Source: Mycobacterium tuberculosis H37Rv | GTDB lineage: Bacteria > Actinomycetota > Actinomycetes > Mycobacteriales > Mycobacteriaceae | Assembly (NCBI RefSeq): GCF_000195955.2 | Contig: NC_000962.3 | Coordinates: 2,550,001-2,582,000 of the forward strand | Direction of reading: 5' to 3' | Length of the DNA: 32,000 nucleotides | Part shown: in pieces, positions 9,703 to 20,058 of the stretch | How positions within the stretch are numbered: position 1 is the stretch's first letter | Layout: every line of letters begins with the position of its first letter | Notes under the pieces: generated by a model | Told to the model about the DNA's origin: nothing | The model's input: the letters and a program-made list of their open reading frames with translations, nothing else | Database searches by the model: none | Position numbers and translations under genes: made by a program

Positions 9703-11331
9703 ATGAATGGTCGACGCACCATAGGCGAGGATGGGCTGGTGTTCGGGCTCGTCGTTATCGTTGCGCTGGTCGCCGCCGTGGTCGTGGGGACCGTCCTGGG
9801 CCACCGCTATCGCGTGGGCCCTCCAGTGTTGCTCATCCTGTCCGGTTCCCTGCTGGGTCTGATTCCCCGTTTCGGTGACGTTCAGATCGATGGCGAGGTG
9901 GTGCTGCTGCTGTTCCTGCCGGCGATCCTTTATTGGGAGAGCATGAACACCAGCTTTCGCGAGATCCGCTGGAACCTGCGCGTCATCGTCATGTTCAGTA
10001 TCGGGCTGGTGATTGCCACCGCGGTCGCGGTGTCGTGGACGGCACGAGCGCTGGGCATGGAGTCCCACGCCGCGGCTGTCCTCGGTGCCGTGCTCTCCCC
10101 CACCGATGCCGCGGCGGTGGCCGGCCTGGCGAAACGGTTGCCGCGCCGGGCGCTGACAGTGCTACGCGGCGAGAGCCTCATCAACGACGGGACCGCGCTC
10201 GTGCTGTTCGCCGTCACCGTGGCGGTCGCGGAAGGTGCCGCTGGGATCGGCCCGGCCGCGCTGGTCGGCCGGTTCGTCGTCTCCTATCTCGGCGGAATCA
10301 TGGCCGGGCTGCTGGTCGGCGGCCTGGTGACATTGCTACGCCGCAGAATCGACGCACCATTGGAGGAGGGAGCCCTGAGCTTGCTGACGCCGTTCGCAGC
10401 GTTCTTGCTCGCTCAATCTCTGAAGTGCAGCGGTGTGGTTGCGGTGCTGGTTTCGGCCCTGGTCCTCACCTACGTTGGTCCGACGGTGATACGCGCTCGT
10501 TCCCGCCTGCAGGCGCATGCGTTTTGGGACATCGCCACGTTCCTGATCAACGGCTCGTTGTGGGTGTTTGTCGGCGTCCAGATCCCGGGCGCGATAGACC
10601 ACATCGCCGGCGAGGACGGGGGACTACCACGGGCCACAGTCCTGGCCCTGGCGGTGACGGGTGTCGTTATCGCCACCCGGATCGCCTGGGTACAGGCAAC
10701 CACGGTCCTGGGTCACACCGTGGACCGGGTCCTGAAGAAGCCCACCCGCCACGTCGGCTTCCGTCAGCGTTGCGTCACAAGCTGGGCCGGTTTCCGCGGC
10801 GCGGTATCGCTTGCCGCAGCGCTGGCGGTGCCGATGACCACCAATAGCGGCGCTCCATTCCCAGACCGCAACCTGATCATCTTCGTCGTCTCGGTCGTCA
10901 TTCTGGTCACCGTGCTGGTCCAAGGGACTTCCTTGCCCACCGTCGTTCGGTGGGCGAGGATGCCCGAAGACGTCGCGCACGCCAACGAATTGCAGCTGGC
11001 CCGCACCCGTAGCGCCCAAGCCGCCCTCGACGCTTTGCCGACGGTCGCCGACGAACTCGGGGTCGCCCCCGATCTCGTCAAACACCTGGAAAAGGAATAC
11101 GAAGAACGCGCGGTGCTCGTCATGGCCGATGGCGCCGACTCCGCGACCAGCGATCTGGCCGAGCGCAACGATCTGGTCCGGCGCGTGCGTCTAGGCGTGC
11201 TGCAACACCAGCGGCAGGCCGTCACCACGTTGCGCAACCAAAACCTCATCGACGACATCGTGCTGCGCGAGCTGCAGGCGGCGATGGATCTAGAGGAAGT
11301 GCAACTCTTGGACCCCGCCGACGCCGAGTGA
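9703..11331 (+). CDS. yjcE: Na+/H+ antiporter, CPA1/NhaP family (Rv2287)
   Basis: 542-aa polytopic ORF with LSPTDAAAVAGL, RGESLINDGTALVLF and GFRGAVSLAAALAVP signatures. Exact start uncertain. Confidence 0.93.
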   Translation: MNGRRTIGEDGLVFGLVVIVALVAAVVVGTVLGHRYRVGPPVLLILSGSLLGLIPRFGDVQIDGEVVLLLFLPAILYWESMNTSFREIRWNLRVIVMFSIGLVIATAVAVSWTARALGMESHAAAVLGAVLSPTDAAAVAGLAKRLPRRALTVLRGESLINDGTALVLFAVTVAVAEGAAGIGPAALVGRFVVSYLGGIMAGLLVGGLVTLLRRRIDAPLEEGALSLLTPFAAFLLAQSLKCSGVVAVLVSALVLTYVGPTVIRARSRLQAHAFWDIATFLINGSLWVFVGVQIPGAIDHIAGEDGGLPRATVLALAVTGVVIATRIAWVQATTVLGHTVDRVLKKPTRHVGFRQRCVTSWAGFRGAVSLAAALAVPMTTNSGAPFPDRNLIIFVVSVVILVTVLVQGTSLPTVVRWARMPEDVAHANELQLARTRSAQAALDALPTVADELGVAPDLVKHLEKEYEERAVLVMADGADSATSDLAERNDLVRRVRLGVLQHQRQAVTTLRNQNLIDDIVLRELQAAMDLEEVQLLDPADAE

Positions 11332-11705
11332 GCCGGCGCCGCCCGCTGATCGAACCAGCAACGGTTCAGGTTTTGGCCATTGCTTTCACAGACTCATTCA
11401 GCGTTTCATTGCACTGGCCGCAGCGCGAGCAGGGCTGCCGCACAGCGATCTTGGCGCCTATGCGAAGGTGGTGCGATGGTGATGTGGACGGGCGAAAGTT
11501 ACTGCCACCGGCACGCCGCACTGGCACCCAACAGAGGAGGATCAGGCCCGCCGCACCCAGGGTCTACACGACCGGCGACATCCTGCGTGATCGGAAGGGC
11601 ATAGCGCCATGGCAGGAACAACGCGAACCGGGCTGGGCGCCGTTCGGTTGGCTGCACGAGCCCTCGGGCGCAAGGTGCCCAAAAGCCGACGGGCAGTCAG
11701 TCTAA
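11328..11705 (+). CDS. Hypothetical protein (Rv2288-like), overlapping the cdh 5' end
   Basis: 125-aa ORF in another frame, overlapping the stop of the antiporter and the start of cdh. Coding status weakly supported. Confidence 0.3.
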   Translation: MSRRRPLIEPATVQVLAIAFTDSFSVSLHWPQREQGCRTAILAPMRRWCDGDVDGRKLLPPARRTGTQQRRIRPAAPRVYTTGDILRDRKGIAPWQEQREPGWAPFGWLHEPSGARCPKADGQSV

Positions 11706-12457
11706 GTGTCTTGATAGGTGCGGTGATAGCAGCTCTTGCCGGGGCGCTGATTGCGGTAACCGTACCGGCGCGGCCGAATCGCCCTGAGGCCGACCGTGAA
11801 GCACTGTGGAAAATCGTGCACGACCGTTGCGAATTCGGCTATCGGCGTACCGGTGCGTACGCTCCCTGCACATTCGTGGATGAACAGTCTGGAACGGCGT
11901 TGTACAAAGCGGATTTTGATCCGTACCAGTTCCTTTTGATCCCGCTTGCTCGTATCACCGGAATCGAGGATCCCGCCCTACGGGAGTCAGCGGGTCGCAA
12001 TTACCTCTACGACGCTTGGGCCGCACGGTTCCTCGTTACCGCGCGCCTGAACAACTCACTTCCAGAGTCAGACGTAGTCCTCACCATCAACCCGAAGAAC
12101 GCGCGCACTCAGGATCAGCTGCACATCCACATATCGTGTTCGTCACCAACAACATCGGCAGCCCTGAGGAACGTGGATACCTCAGAGTACGTTGGCTGGA
12201 AGCAGCTCCCCATCGACCTCGGTGGTCGCAGGTTTCAAGGATTGGCGGTTGACACGAAGGCGTTCGAATCCAGGAACCTGTTCCGGGACATCTACCTGAA
12301 GGTAACCGCTGACGGCAAGAAAATGGAAAATGCATCGATTGCGGTTGCCAACGTAGCGCAGGACCAATTCCTGCTGCTCTTGGCAGAGGGAACTGAGGAC
12401 CAGCCCGTTGCAGCCGAGACTCTCCAAGACCACGACTGCTCCATCACCAAGTCCTGA
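11609..12457 (+). CDS. cdh: CDP-diacylglycerol pyrophosphatase (Rv2289); start may be the internal GTG giving about 260 aa
   Basis: ORF with N-terminal membrane anchor and [59 protein letters not shown], characteristic of Cdh. Confidence 0.93.
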   Translation: MAGTTRTGLGAVRLAARALGRKVPKSRRAVSLSVLIGAVIAALAGALIAVTVPARPNRPEADREALWKIVHDRCEFGYRRTGAYAPCTFVDEQSGTALYKADFDPYQFLLIPLARITGIEDPALRESAGRNYLYDAWAARFLVTARLNNSLPESDVVLTINPKNARTQDQLHIHISCSSPTTSAALRNVDTSEYVGWKQLPIDLGGRRFQGLAVDTKAFESRNLFRDIYLKVTADGKKMENASIAVANVAQDQFLLLLAEGTEDQPVAAETLQDHDCSITKS

Positions 12458-12598
12458 TAGCACGATGCCAGCGGGCCACACGACAGGGCGCAGTGTGCGA
12501 ACCTGACCCCGCCACGGCGGGCCGTTGATGGCATTTTGCTAGTGTCGGAGCGGCAATCCGCCTATATTTCTCCTCGCCTACCAGTGAGGGAGCCGGGC

Positions 12599-13114
12599 TT
12601 GACTGATCCGCGCCACACCGTTCGAATCGCTGTCGGAGCTACCGCGCTCGGCGTGTCGGCACTCGGGGCAACTCTGCCGGCCTGCTCCGCACACAGCGGG
12701 CCGGGTTCTCCCCCCAGTGCGCCGTCAGCTCCCGCGGCCGCGACCGTCATGGTAGAGGGACATACGCACACAATTTCCGGAGTGGTCGAGTGCCGCACCT
12801 CGCCAGCGGTAAGGACGGCGACGCCGTCGGAGTCGGGGACTCAAACTACACGGGTTAACGCACACGACGATTCGGCCTCGGTGACACTGTCCCTGTCCGA
12901 CTCCACGCCCCCAGACGTCAATGGTTTTGGTATCTCCCTTAAAATCGGAAGCGTCGACTACCAGATGCCCTACCAGCCGGTTCAGTCCCCAACTCAGGTC
13001 GAAGCGACCAGGCAGGGCAAGAGTTACACACTGACCGGGACGGGTCACGCGGTGATCCCGGGCCAAACCGGCATGCGTGAGCTGCCGTTCGGGGTACATG
13101 TAACCTGTCCGTAA
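12599..13114 (+). CDS. lppO: Lipoprotein LppO (LpqH/19 kDa-like family, Rv2290)
   Basis: TTG start at 12599. Signal peptide with lipobox LPAC. C-terminal domain resembling the mycobacterial 19-kDa lipoprotein family. Confidence 0.85.
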   Translation: MTDPRHTVRIAVGATALGVSALGATLPACSAHSGPGSPPSAPSAPAAATVMVEGHTHTISGVVECRTSPAVRTATPSESGTQTTRVNAHDDSASVTLSLSDSTPPDVNGFGISLKIGSVDYQMPYQPVQSPTQVEATRQGKSYTLTGTGHAVIPGQTGMRELPFGVHVTCP

Positions 13115-13173
13115 CTACACTGATTGCGCGACAAGGGAATTAGCCGCGTTGGCAGGCAACACGGAGGTGACCG

Positions 13174-14028
13174 GTGCAAGCCCGTGGTCAGGTCCTGATC
13201 ACCGCCGCGGAACTGGCTGGCATGATCCAGGCCGGCGATCCGGTGTCGATCCTGGATGTGCGCTGGCGGCTTGATGAACCTGACGGGCATGCGGCCTACC
13301 TACAGGGTCACCTGCCGGGAGCGGTATTTGTGTCACTCGAGGACGAACTGAGCGATCATACGATCGCCGGCCGGGGCCGGCACCCGCTGCCGTCGGGGGC
13401 TAGTCTGCAAGCCACCGTCCGCCGATGCGGAATCCGACACGATGTGCCGGTCGTGGTCTACGACGACTGGAATCGAGCCGGTTCCGCGCGAGCGTGGTGG
13501 GTGTTAACTGCGGCTGGGATCGCGAATGTACGCATTCTAGACGGCGGCTTGCCCGCGTGGCGGTCCGCAGGCGGCAGCATCGAGACCGGCCAGGTCAGCC
13601 CGCAGCTCGGGAATGTGACTGTGCTGCACGATGATTTGTATGCCGGACAGCGGCTAACCCTAACGGCGCAGCAAGCCGGTGCGGGTGGTGTGACGCTGCT
13701 CGATGCGCGCGTACCGGAACGTTTCCGCGGCGATGTCGAGCCCGTGGATGCGGTTGCCGGTCACATCCCCGGCGCCATCAACGTTCCCAGCGGTAGTGTC
13801 CTGGCCGACGACGGCACGTTCCTTGGCAATGGCGCCCTTAACGCACTGCTGTCCGACCACGGCATCGATCACGGTGGCCGCGTGGGTGTCTACTGCGGCT
13901 CGGGTGTCAGCGCAGCTGTCATCGTCGCGGCACTGGCAGTGATCGGCCAGGATGCGGAGCTGTTTCCAGGGTCATGGTCGGAGTGGAGTTCGGATCCGAC
14001 CCGTCCCGTCGGCCGTGGCACTGCATAG
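13174..14028 (+). CDS. sseB: Thiosulfate sulfurtransferase, two-domain rhodanese (Rv2291)
   Basis: 284-aa ORF. VVYDDWNRAGSARAWWVLTAAG in the N-terminal domain; GHIPGAINVPSG and active-site loop YCGSGVSAA in the C-terminal domain. Confidence 0.95.
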   Translation: MQARGQVLITAAELAGMIQAGDPVSILDVRWRLDEPDGHAAYLQGHLPGAVFVSLEDELSDHTIAGRGRHPLPSGASLQATVRRCGIRHDVPVVVYDDWNRAGSARAWWVLTAAGIANVRILDGGLPAWRSAGGSIETGQVSPQLGNVTVLHDDLYAGQRLTLTAQQAGAGGVTLLDARVPERFRGDVEPVDAVAGHIPGAINVPSGSVLADDGTFLGNGALNALLSDHGIDHGGRVGVYCGSGVSAAVIVAALAVIGQDAELFPGSWSEWSSDPTRPVGRGTA

Positions 14029-15032
14029 TCAGACGCCGGCCCAGTTCTGCAGGAAGGCTTCGGTGACCCGGGCGGCGTTGTTGGCCGCAATCTGCTTGTA
14101 AACGAAGAACTGGACGGGGAAGCCCGGCAGATGCAGCGGGTCGCCGGGCCCGTCGGACATACCGCGAATTCCCAGGAACGGGACGCCGTGTGCATCGGCG
14201 ACCGCCTGCGCGGCTGCCGTCTCCTGGTCAACCGCGTCGAAGCCGGGGTTCACCGTCGATACGATGTTCAGGTTGCTGATCAGAGCGTTCTTCAGCCAGG
14301 GTCCCGCCGCCTGGAAAAAGTTACCGGTATAGCCAAGTGAGCGATCGGGTGCACTACAGGGTTGGCAGCAAAAACGCTGCCGCCGTTCGGGATGCAAGGA
14401 AAAGCCTGGCCGTTGTTCTTGTCGGAGCTAGACCCGTCACCGCCGACGAACAGTTGCGGCTGGCGCCCCAGGTGGTTCAACCGGACGACCGGAACGTTCC
14501 TGCACAGACAGACAGGATTGCCGAGCGTGTTGATGTTGTCCAGTACAACAGAAAGCGTCTGGGCAGTAGCCAGCATGCCGGGATCGACCCCACGGAATGT
14601 TGCCCCGTTGTCCAGGGTCCACCGTGCTGGTATTGCCACGTCCCCAATGCTGGTGCGGCCGGCACCACCGGCGACGCCCGAGAACATCACGGCGGCAATG
14701 GCAATGGAAGAAGCACAGGTAAAGCGTGCGAAGGCGGTCTCGGTGGTGTTGGTAGCGTTCACTAGGCCGATGCCGGTCATCGCCACAATCACCTTCTTGC
14801 CGCTGATCGAGCCCAGGTAGTAGCGACGACGGTCGGCGACCACCACCGGGTTGGCGTCCAGCGCGGTGTGCGCCAGCACCGCGTCGGCCTCAGCCGGAAA
14901 CGCCGACAAGACCAGCGTGCGCTGTTCGCACGGGATCACATTTGCCACGTATCCGGGATCGGCCGCCGCCACGCCACAGCCCAGCGACAACGCGGCCGCC
15001 ACCAAAAGACAGTGCCGCAAAGGCGCGCCCAC
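14029..15032 (-). pseudogene. Secreted phosphorylase/nucleosidase-superfamily (PNP_UDP-like) gene split into two ORFs by a frameshift (Rv2293c 14292..15032; Rv2292c 14029..about 14397)
   Basis: Upstream ORF begins with a signal peptide and ends in-family at ...NGGSVFAAN, then becomes unrelated ([13 protein letters not shown]). The other frame resumes at about 14360 with [27 protein letters not shown]...[37 protein letters not shown]. Confidence 0.8.
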
Positions 15033-15326
15033 AATCCCTTATCCCCAAAAATCGTGATTTGACATGGATGCCGGAACTCTCTGTCATTTAGCCGTGGCCG
15101 ATTTGGGGCTTGGCCCTGATTTTCGCGCACCATCGGCGACGGACGAATATTTGTTATCGTTTTTTTCGTCTAGCGATTCCTCGGCGTTATTTCATCGCGG
15201 CGGAACGAGCCGCCCTATGACCAACTGTGCAAGCGTGATTGGTCGATAGCCCCGGTCGGGCTATGTTCCCCGGTGTGGCTAGACCAGTTGACCGGTGCGG
15301 GACGCGGATACGGCTAGTCTGCCGGA

Positions 15327-16550
15327 GTGATACCTAACCCACTCGAGGAGCTAACGCTCGAGCAACTGCGAAGCCAACGCACGAGCATGAAGTGGCGTGC
15401 GCACCCAGCCGACGTCTTGCCGTTGTGGGTCGCGGAGATGGACGTGAAGCTTCCGCCGACGGTGGCCGATGCCCTCCGTAGAGCTATCGACGACGGCGAC
15501 ACCGGATATCCCTATGGAACGGAGTATGCCGAAGCCGTCCGCGAATTCGCTTGCCAACGTTGGCAATGGCACGACCTGGAAGTGAGCCGCACGGCCATCG
15601 TTCCCGACGTCATGCTCGGCATCGTCGAAGTGCTGCGTCTGATCACCGACCGCGGTGACCCTGTGATCGTCAACTCCCCGGTATATGCGCCGTTCTACGC
15701 TTTCGTGTCGCATGACGGCCGCCGAGTGATCCCAGCGCCGCTGCGGGGAGACGGCCGGATCGATTTGGACGCGCTGCAGGAAGCGTTCTCGAGCGCGCGT
15801 GCTTCAAGCGGCTCGAGCGGCAACGTCGCCTACCTCCTGTGCAATCCGCACAACCCGACGGGGTCGGTGCACACCGCCGACGAACTGCGCGGCATCGCGG
15901 AACGCGCCCAACGGTTCGGTGTCCGGGTGGTGTCCGACGAGATTCATGCCCCTCTTATCCCGTCCGGGGCACGGTTTACGCCCTATCTGAGCGTCCCCGG
16001 TGCGGAAAACGCATTCGCACTAATGTCGGCTTCCAAGGCGTGGAATCTCGGCGGACTCAAGGCAGCCCTGGCCATTGCCGGTCGCGAGGCGGCGGCCGAC
16101 CTCGCTCGGATGCCCGAGGAGGTCGGTCACGGCCCCAGCCACCTGGGTGTCATCGCGCACACCGCGGCGTTCAGGACTGGTGGCAACTGGCTCGACGCGC
16201 TGCTGCGCGGTCTGGACCACAATCGAACGTTGCTAGGCGCTCTGGTCGACGAGCATCTTCCCGGGGTGCAATACCGATGGCCGCAGGGTACTTACCTGGC
16301 GTGGCTGGATTGCCGAGAACTCGGCTTCGATGACGCGGCTAGCGACGAGATGACCGAAGGCCTGGCGGTGGTGTCAGATCTGTCCGGGCCAGCCCGCTGG
16401 TTCCTCGACCACGCGCGGGTTGCGCTCAGTTCTGGTCACGTCTTCGGGATTGGCGGTGCCGGGCATGTGCGCATCAACTTCGCGACCTCCCGAGCCATTC
16501 TCATCGAGGCGGTATCGCGGATGAGCCGGTCACTACTCGAGCGCCGGTAG
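15327..16550 (+). CDS. PLP-dependent aminotransferase / cystathionine beta-lyase, MalY/PatB family (Rv2294)
   Basis: 407-aa [16 protein letters not shown]-lysine region [26 protein letters not shown]. Confidence 0.93.
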
Positions 16551-16771
16551 CGCGTCCAGAGAACCGCTAGCGCCAACACGATCACCTCGGGTGACGGTCT
16601 TGTCCGCTCGGCGGCCCTTCAGTGCCCAGCCAATGCGGCCGACCCCGCGGCGGCCGCATTCGGTAGACAAAGGAAGTCTGACACCGTAGGCGCCTCGTTG
16701 ATCGCGTTTTCGCCGAGAAACGTGAAGGCCGTTTGCCCGCCCGTGCGGATCAGCTACGATCAAGGCGACAC

Positions 16772-17410
16772 ATGGACCAGTCGGCCAACCATGCGTGTCT
16801 GCCCACCCCGCTGGCGAGCACAACAGGGCGCGGGCAAGATCATGAGATGCCTGTCGAAGAGACCTCCACCCCCCAGAAGCTGCCCCAATTTCGTTATCAC
16901 CCCGATCCCGTCGGCACCGGCTCGATAGTCGCCGACGAGGTGAGCTGCGTGAGCTGCGAGCAACGTCGGCCCTACACCTACACCGGCCCGGTGTATGCGG
17001 AGGAGGAGCTTAACGAGGCCATCTGTCCTTGGTGTATCGCAGATGGCAGTGCGGCGAGTCGCTTCGATGCCACGTTCACCGACGCCATGTGGGCGGTGCC
17101 CGACGACGTTCCAGAGGACGTGACCGAGGAAGTGCTGTGCCGAACACCCGGGTTCACGGGCTGGCTGCAGGAGGAATGGTTGCATCACTGCGGGGACGCC
17201 GCCGCCTTCCTTGGCCCGGTGGGCGCCAGCGAGGTGGCCGACCTCCCTGACGCCCTGGATGCGCTGCGCAATGAGTACCGCGGCTACGACTGGCCCGCCG
17301 ACAAAATCGAGGAATTCATCCTGACGCTCGATCGAAACGGGCTGGCGACCGCCTACCTCTTCAGGTGCCTGAGCTGCGGCGTCCACTTGGCCTACGCCGA
17401 TTTCGCTTAA
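16772..17410 (+). CDS. CbrC/UPF0167 family protein (Rv2295)
   Basis: [56 protein letters not shown], then C-terminal [14 protein letters not shown], a CbrC-like Cys pattern. Confidence 0.87.
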
Positions 17411-17503
17411 CCTCGGCGGCGACTGAGTCGACGCGAGCGCGGATATCGGACGCTTTTGCACAACAATGGTTCCGACGTGGCACAGCTCAGAGAGGAGCAG
17501 ATC

Positions 17504-18406
17504 ATGGATGTCCTACGCACCCCAGACTCCCGGTTCGAACACCTGGTGGGCTACCCGTTTGCACCGCACTATGTCGATGTGACGGCCGGCGACACCCAGC
17601 CGTTGCGAATGCACTACGTCGACGAGGGCCCGGGCGACGGTCCGCCGATCGTCTTGCTGCACGGCGAGCCCACCTGGAGTTATCTGTACCGAACCATGAT
17701 TCCGCCGCTCTCCGCCGCCGGGCACCGTGTGCTCGCGCCCGACCTGATCGGCTTCGGCCGCTCCGACAAGCCGACTCGCATCGAGGACTACACCTACCTG
17801 CGGCACGTCGAGTGGGTGACGTCCTGGTTCGAGAATCTCGACCTGCACGACGTTACGCTCTTCGTGCAGGACTGGGGGTCATTGATCGGTCTGCGCATCG
17901 CTGCCGAGCACGGTGACCGGATCGCGCGGCTGGTGGTCGCCAACGGGTTTCTCCCCGCCGCGCAGGGGCGCACCCCACTCCCCTTCTACGTGTGGCGGGC
18001 GTTTGCGCGCTATTCTCCGGTGCTTCCCGCTGGCCGTCTGGTGAACTTCGGCACCGTCCACAGGGTTCCCGCCGGGGTCCGAGCCGGCTACGATGCACCT
18101 TTCCCCGACAAAACGTATCAAGCCGGCGCCCGGGCGTTCCCACGGTTGGTGCCGACCTCACCCGACGATCCGGCGGTACCGGCCAACCGCGCGGCATGGG
18201 AAGCCCTGGGCCGGTGGGACAAACCGTTCCTTGCCATCTTCGGTTATCGCGACCCGATACTCGGGCAAGCGGACGGTCCGCTGATCAAGCACATTCCCGG
18301 CGCGGCGGGTCAGCCGCACGCCCGCATCAAGGCCAGCCACTTCATCCAGGAGGACAGCGGAACCGAACTCGCCGAACGCATGCTCTCCTGGCAGCAGGCA
18401 ACGTAA
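17504..18406 (+). CDS. dhmA: Haloalkane dehalogenase (DhmA/DmbB-type, Rv2296)
   Basis: [19 protein letters not shown]..., [11 protein letters not shown], nucleophile elbow VQDWGSLIG, catalytic His region SHFIQEDSG. 300 aa. Confidence 0.95.
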   Translation: MDVLRTPDSRFEHLVGYPFAPHYVDVTAGDTQPLRMHYVDEGPGDGPPIVLLHGEPTWSYLYRTMIPPLSAAGHRVLAPDLIGFGRSDKPTRIEDYTYLRHVEWVTSWFENLDLHDVTLFVQDWGSLIGLRIAAEHGDRIARLVVANGFLPAAQGRTPLPFYVWRAFARYSPVLPAGRLVNFGTVHRVPAGVRAGYDAPFPDKTYQAGARAFPRLVPTSPDDPAVPANRAAWEALGRWDKPFLAIFGYRDPILGQADGPLIKHIPGAAGQPHARIKASHFIQEDSGTELAERMLSWQQAT

Positions 18407-18437
18407 CCGCGACGGCTGCGGACGAAGGATCGGCAGA

Positions 18438-18890
18438 ATGGCGATGGAGATGGCGATGATGGGCCTGCTCGGCACCGTGGTGGGTGCCTCGGCCATGGGC
18501 ATCGGGGGGATTGCGAAGTCGATCGCGGAAGCGTATGTCCCGGGGGTCGCGGCTGCCAAGGACCGTAGGCAGCAGATGAACGTCGATCTGCAAGCACGGC
18601 GCTACGAGGCGGTGCGAGTGTGGCGGTCTGGGTTGTGCAGTGCCAGCAACGCCTACCGGCAATGGGAGGCCGGGTCTCGGGACACCCATGCGCCCAACGT
18701 CGTCGGCGACGAGTGGTTCGAAGGTTTGCGGCCGCACCTGCCCACCACTGGGGAGGCAGCGAAGTTCCGTACCGCTTACGAAGTCCGTTGCGATAACCCA
18801 ACTCTCATGGTGCTTTCGCTTGAGATTGGCCGTATCGAGAAGGAATGGATGGTGGAGGCGAGCGGCCGGACACCAAAGCACCGGGGATGA
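18438..18890 (+). CDS. Hypothetical protein (Rv2297)
   Basis: 150-aa ORF with hydrophobic Gly/Ala N-terminus, MGLLGTVVGASAMGIGGIAKSIAEAYVPG. Confidence 0.65.
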   Translation: MAMEMAMMGLLGTVVGASAMGIGGIAKSIAEAYVPGVAAAKDRRQQMNVDLQARRYEAVRVWRSGLCSASNAYRQWEAGSRDTHAPNVVGDEWFEGLRPHLPTTGEAAKFRTAYEVRCDNPTLMVLSLEIGRIEKEWMVEASGRTPKHRG

Positions 18891-19081
18891 CTGCGAAGAC
18901 TCGCGGTTGGTAGCGCACCCGGCTGGTGCGGCGCCGACAAGCTGCCCACATTCGGTGACACTGAATTTCTGCAGCAAAAGCGCGAGTGACCAACGGTCTG
19001 CGAAATTACCGGCTCGGGGTCGGCTACACCGTCGAGCGACGCGGTCGCCGCCGCGCCGAGCCCCTCGGTACGGTGGCAGAC

Positions 19082-20053
19082 ATGAAATATCTGGACGTCG
19101 ACGGAATCGGACAGGTCAGCCGGATCGGGTTGGGCACTTGGCAGTTCGGCTCGCGTGAATGGGGATATGGGGACCGGTACGCCACCGGCGCCGCCCGCGA
19201 CATTGTCAAACGCGCACGCGCCTTGGGGGTCACGCTGTTCGATACCGCCGAGATCTACGGCCTGGGCAAAAGCGAGCGTATTCTCGGGGAGGCCCTCGGC
19301 GACGACCGCACCGAGGTGGTGGTGGCTAGCAAGGTCTTCCCGGTCGCGCCGTTTCCGGCGGTGATCAAGAACCGCGAGCGCGCCAGTGCGCGGCGGCTGC
19401 AGCTGAACCGTATCCCGCTGTATCAGATCCACCAGCCCAACCCGGTGGTCCCCGATTCGGTGATCATGCCGGGGATGCGTGACCTGCTGGACAGCGGCGA
19501 CATTGGCGCGGCCGGTGTCTCCAACTACTCACTGGCGCGATGGCGGAAGGCCGACGCCGCGCTTGGGCGCCCAGTCGTCAGCAACCAGGTACATTTCTCG
19601 CTCGCCCACCCTGATGCGCTCGAAGATCTGGTGCCGTTCGCCGAGCTCGAGAACCGCATCGTGATCGCCTACAGCCCGCTGGCGCAAGGACTATTGGGTG
19701 GCAAGTACGGACTCGAGAATCGTCCCGGTGGCGTGCGCGCGTTGAACCCGCTGTTCGGCACCGAGAACCTGCGCCGGATAGAGCCGCTGCTGGCTACGTT
19801 GCGCGCCATCGCCGTCGACGTCGACGCCAAGCCCGCCCAGGTGGCACTGGCCTGGCTGATTAGCCTGCCGGGGGTGGTCGCCATTCCCGGAGCGTCCAGT
19901 GTCGAGCAACTCGAGTTCAACGTCGCGGCCGCTGACATCGAGCTCAGCGCGCAATCCCGCGACGCGCTCACCGACGCCGCCCGGGCGTTTCGCCCGGTTT
20001 CCACCGGCCGCTTCCTCACCGACATGGTGCGTGAGAAGGTCAGCCGTCGTTGA
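19082..20053 (+). CDS. Aldo/keto reductase (Rv2298)
   Basis: MKYLDVDGIGQVSRIGLGTWQFG..., LFDTAEIYGLGKSERILGEAL, VVASKVFP, VSNYSLARW. Confidence 0.94.
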   Translation: MKYLDVDGIGQVSRIGLGTWQFGSREWGYGDRYATGAARDIVKRARALGVTLFDTAEIYGLGKSERILGEALGDDRTEVVVASKVFPVAPFPAVIKNRERASARRLQLNRIPLYQIHQPNPVVPDSVIMPGMRDLLDSGDIGAAGVSNYSLARWRKADAALGRPVVSNQVHFSLAHPDALEDLVPFAELENRIVIAYSPLAQGLLGGKYGLENRPGGVRALNPLFGTENLRRIEPLLATLRAIAVDVDAKPAQVALAWLISLPGVVAIPGASSVEQLEFNVAAADIELSAQSRDALTDAARAFRPVSTGRFLTDMVREKVSRR

Positions 20054-20058
20054 GCTCG

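Noticed and set aside
10764-11258. 164-aa minus-strand ORF inside the antiporter gene
   Set aside because: Antisense low-complexity Ser/Arg-rich translation, typical GC-rich shadow ORF with no recognisable motif.
16533-16823. Minus-strand 96-aa ORF between Rv2294 and Rv2295
   Set aside because: Overlaps the end of Rv2294 and the start of Rv2295, no recognisable domain, composition consistent with a random GC-rich ORF.
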